NCBI GenBank assembly: GCA_964549685.1 | Contig: CAZJVE010000019.1 | Span: 1 to 15,173 of the forward strand | Length of the DNA: 15,173 nucleotides | From: an uncultured archaeon | GTDB taxonomy: Archaea; Altiarchaeota; Altiarchaeia; IMC4; QMZM01 | Reading direction: 5' to 3' | In this document: piece after piece, positions 14,093 through 15,173 of the stretch | Layout: each line of letters starts with the position of its first letter | How positions within the stretch are numbered: the first letter of the stretch is position 1 | The notes under the pieces: generated by a model | What the model saw: the letters and a program-made list of their open reading frames with translations, nothing else | Told to the model about the DNA's origin: nothing | Database searches by the model: none | Translations under genes and position numbers: made by a program

Positions 14093-15173
14093 GTGCGCCG
14101 AGAAGTGTATTAACTCTTGCCAGTGAGAGTCTGGCCTGGGCAAAGGTTAGCCACCAGCCCAGCACCAAATCCCACGCATGGTCTGGTAACGGGCTATGCG
14201 ATGCTGGGAGGCGGGAGGTATCGGGCTGCAACGTAAGTGAATGTATTGAGCCCCGAAATTTCACCATGTTCCGGAGTGGCCGATGCTCTTCATTCGGCAG
14301 CAGGCAATACTCCTGTGACCGACCTGAAAACGGGTCAATAAAGCATCCTAATGTGGATACCTACGCTCAGGATAAAGGGCGAGGTTGCAGGAACCCGGCG
14401 GGGTCTGAGGCAGTGGCAAGATACCAAATGGAGCTAATATGAACTCGGGAGAACCAGAGTGTTTACCTGAGAGTCCCTCAAAAGCTCTCTGGTGTAGGTG
14501 GCAACAAGCCTATGAACGGCAAGGAGCTGCGGAATATGCTCTGGTAGTCGGACTATCCCACAGTATTGATGAAGCCCCGTAATGGGGGTGGAGAGAAGGG
14601 GATAGCAGCAACACGCTAAGATGTGAGGACACATCTACTGCACACGGAGGCAGAAAGAAAGAAAGGATGAAAACAAAATTGCAGCTGATAACTCAGCGGG
14701 CCAAGGAGAATCCGGAGATGAGGTTTACGTCGTTAGCACACCATCTCAACAAGGATTTTCTGAGGGGGTGTTTTGGGGAACTGAAGAGGGGTAAAGCCCC
14801 TGGCATCGATAGGGTAACGGTTGAGGAATATGAAGTTAACTTGGAGGAGAACCTCATGGATTTAGTGAGCCGGATGAAGGCAAAGAGATACAGGCCCCAG
14901 CCTGCCAGGCGGGTCTACATACCGAAAGAAGATAAAGCCCTGAGAGGGCTTGGAATACCAGCGGTTGAAGACAAGATAGTGCAGATGGGAGTCAAGAAAA
15001 TCCTTGAGGCAATCTTTGAGCAAGACTTCGTGGATGTATCCTACGGATTTAGACCCAATCGCAGTTGCCATGATGCGCTGGACGTGGTAGATAAGGCAAT
15101 TATGACTGAGCCAGTCAACTGGGTTGTGGATATGGACATAAAGAGCTATTTTGACACCATAGACCACAAGCAG
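14093..15173 (+). mobile_element. Group II intron (IIB-type RNA, class E-like RT), 3' part outside the window
   Basis: 5' consensus GTGCG at 14093. Domain I motifs GAGCCCCGAAAT and GCCGATGCT...GCAGCAGGCAATAC (EBS1 stem-loop). AGTCGGA...CACAGTA..GATGAAG and the domain III-like CCCCGTAATGGGGGTGGAGAGAAGGG (about 14571-14601). RT ORF from 14667. Confidence 0.92.
14667..15173 (+). CDS. ltrA: Group II intron reverse transcriptase/maturase (N-terminal 169 aa, truncated by the window)
   Basis: My translation: MKTKLQLITQRAKENPEMRFTSLAHHL...KAPGIDRVT...YRPQPARRVYIPKED..LRGLGIPAVEDKIVQ...FEQDF..VSYGFRPNRSCHDAL...WVVDMDIKSYFDTIDH, covering RT0 to RT3. 'RFTSLAHHL' is typical of class E. Absent from the ORF track because it has no stop in the window. 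Confidence 0.96.
   Translation, partial: MKTKLQLITQRAKENPEMRFTSLAHHLNKDFLRGCFGELKRGKAPGIDRVTVEEYEVNLEENLMDLVSRMKAKRYRPQPARRVYIPKEDKALRGLGIPAVEDKIVQMGVKKILEAIFEQDFVDVSYGFRPNRSCHDALDVVDKAIMTEPVNWVVDMDIKSYFDTIDHKQ

Noticed and set aside
14089-14442. 117-aa ORF starting at the ATGA overlap
   Set aside because: It is read-through from the genuine start into intron domain I RNA and has no protein-like features.
14862-15167. 101-aa minus-strand ORF (also 14434-14634 and 14019-14267)
   Set aside because: These are antisense to the intron RT and intron RNA.
14667-15173. RT as a DGR, retron, CRISPR-associated or defence RT linked to the upstream array
   Set aside because: It has the RT0 region and sits inside recognisable group II intron RNA with a GTGCG 5' end and matching EBS1/IBS1. 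No sequence link to the array is visible.

Overview
A gene-dense window that is most likely archaeal (archaeal-type GHMP shikimate kinase, GTP-dependent PEPCK, UPF0175/DUF3368 pair, TATA-like boxes about 25-30 nt upstream of apparently leaderless starts); the lineage cannot be fixed from the sequence alone. Left part: 3' end of a YhcC/TIGR01212-like radical SAM gene, a DUF6159-like membrane protein with a 60-bp-periodic tail, a divergent AroK-like GHMP kinase, an AT-rich orphan membrane gene with cassette-like borders, and pckG. Middle: a UPF0175/PIN toxin-antitoxin pair, a thioredoxin-CcdA-like fusion, a 2[4Fe-4S] ferredoxin, an arsR/smtB-feoA-feoB operon with its operator, a vapBC pair, an MFS transporter and a stand-alone wHTH gene. 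Right: a Ni/Co ECF uptake locus (DUF4198 protein, cbiM/nikM) preceded by a NikR-like dyad. The locus has two striking features. (i) A roughly 285-bp non-coding array of ten TGT-N12..14-ACA dyads lies between DUF4198 and cbiM, with 31-bp then 20-bp periodicity and no known explanation. (ii) A group II intron (class E-like RT, missed by the ORF track, running off the window) is inserted directly after the ATGA stop/start overlap at the end of cbiM, and its EBS1 pairs with that junction.
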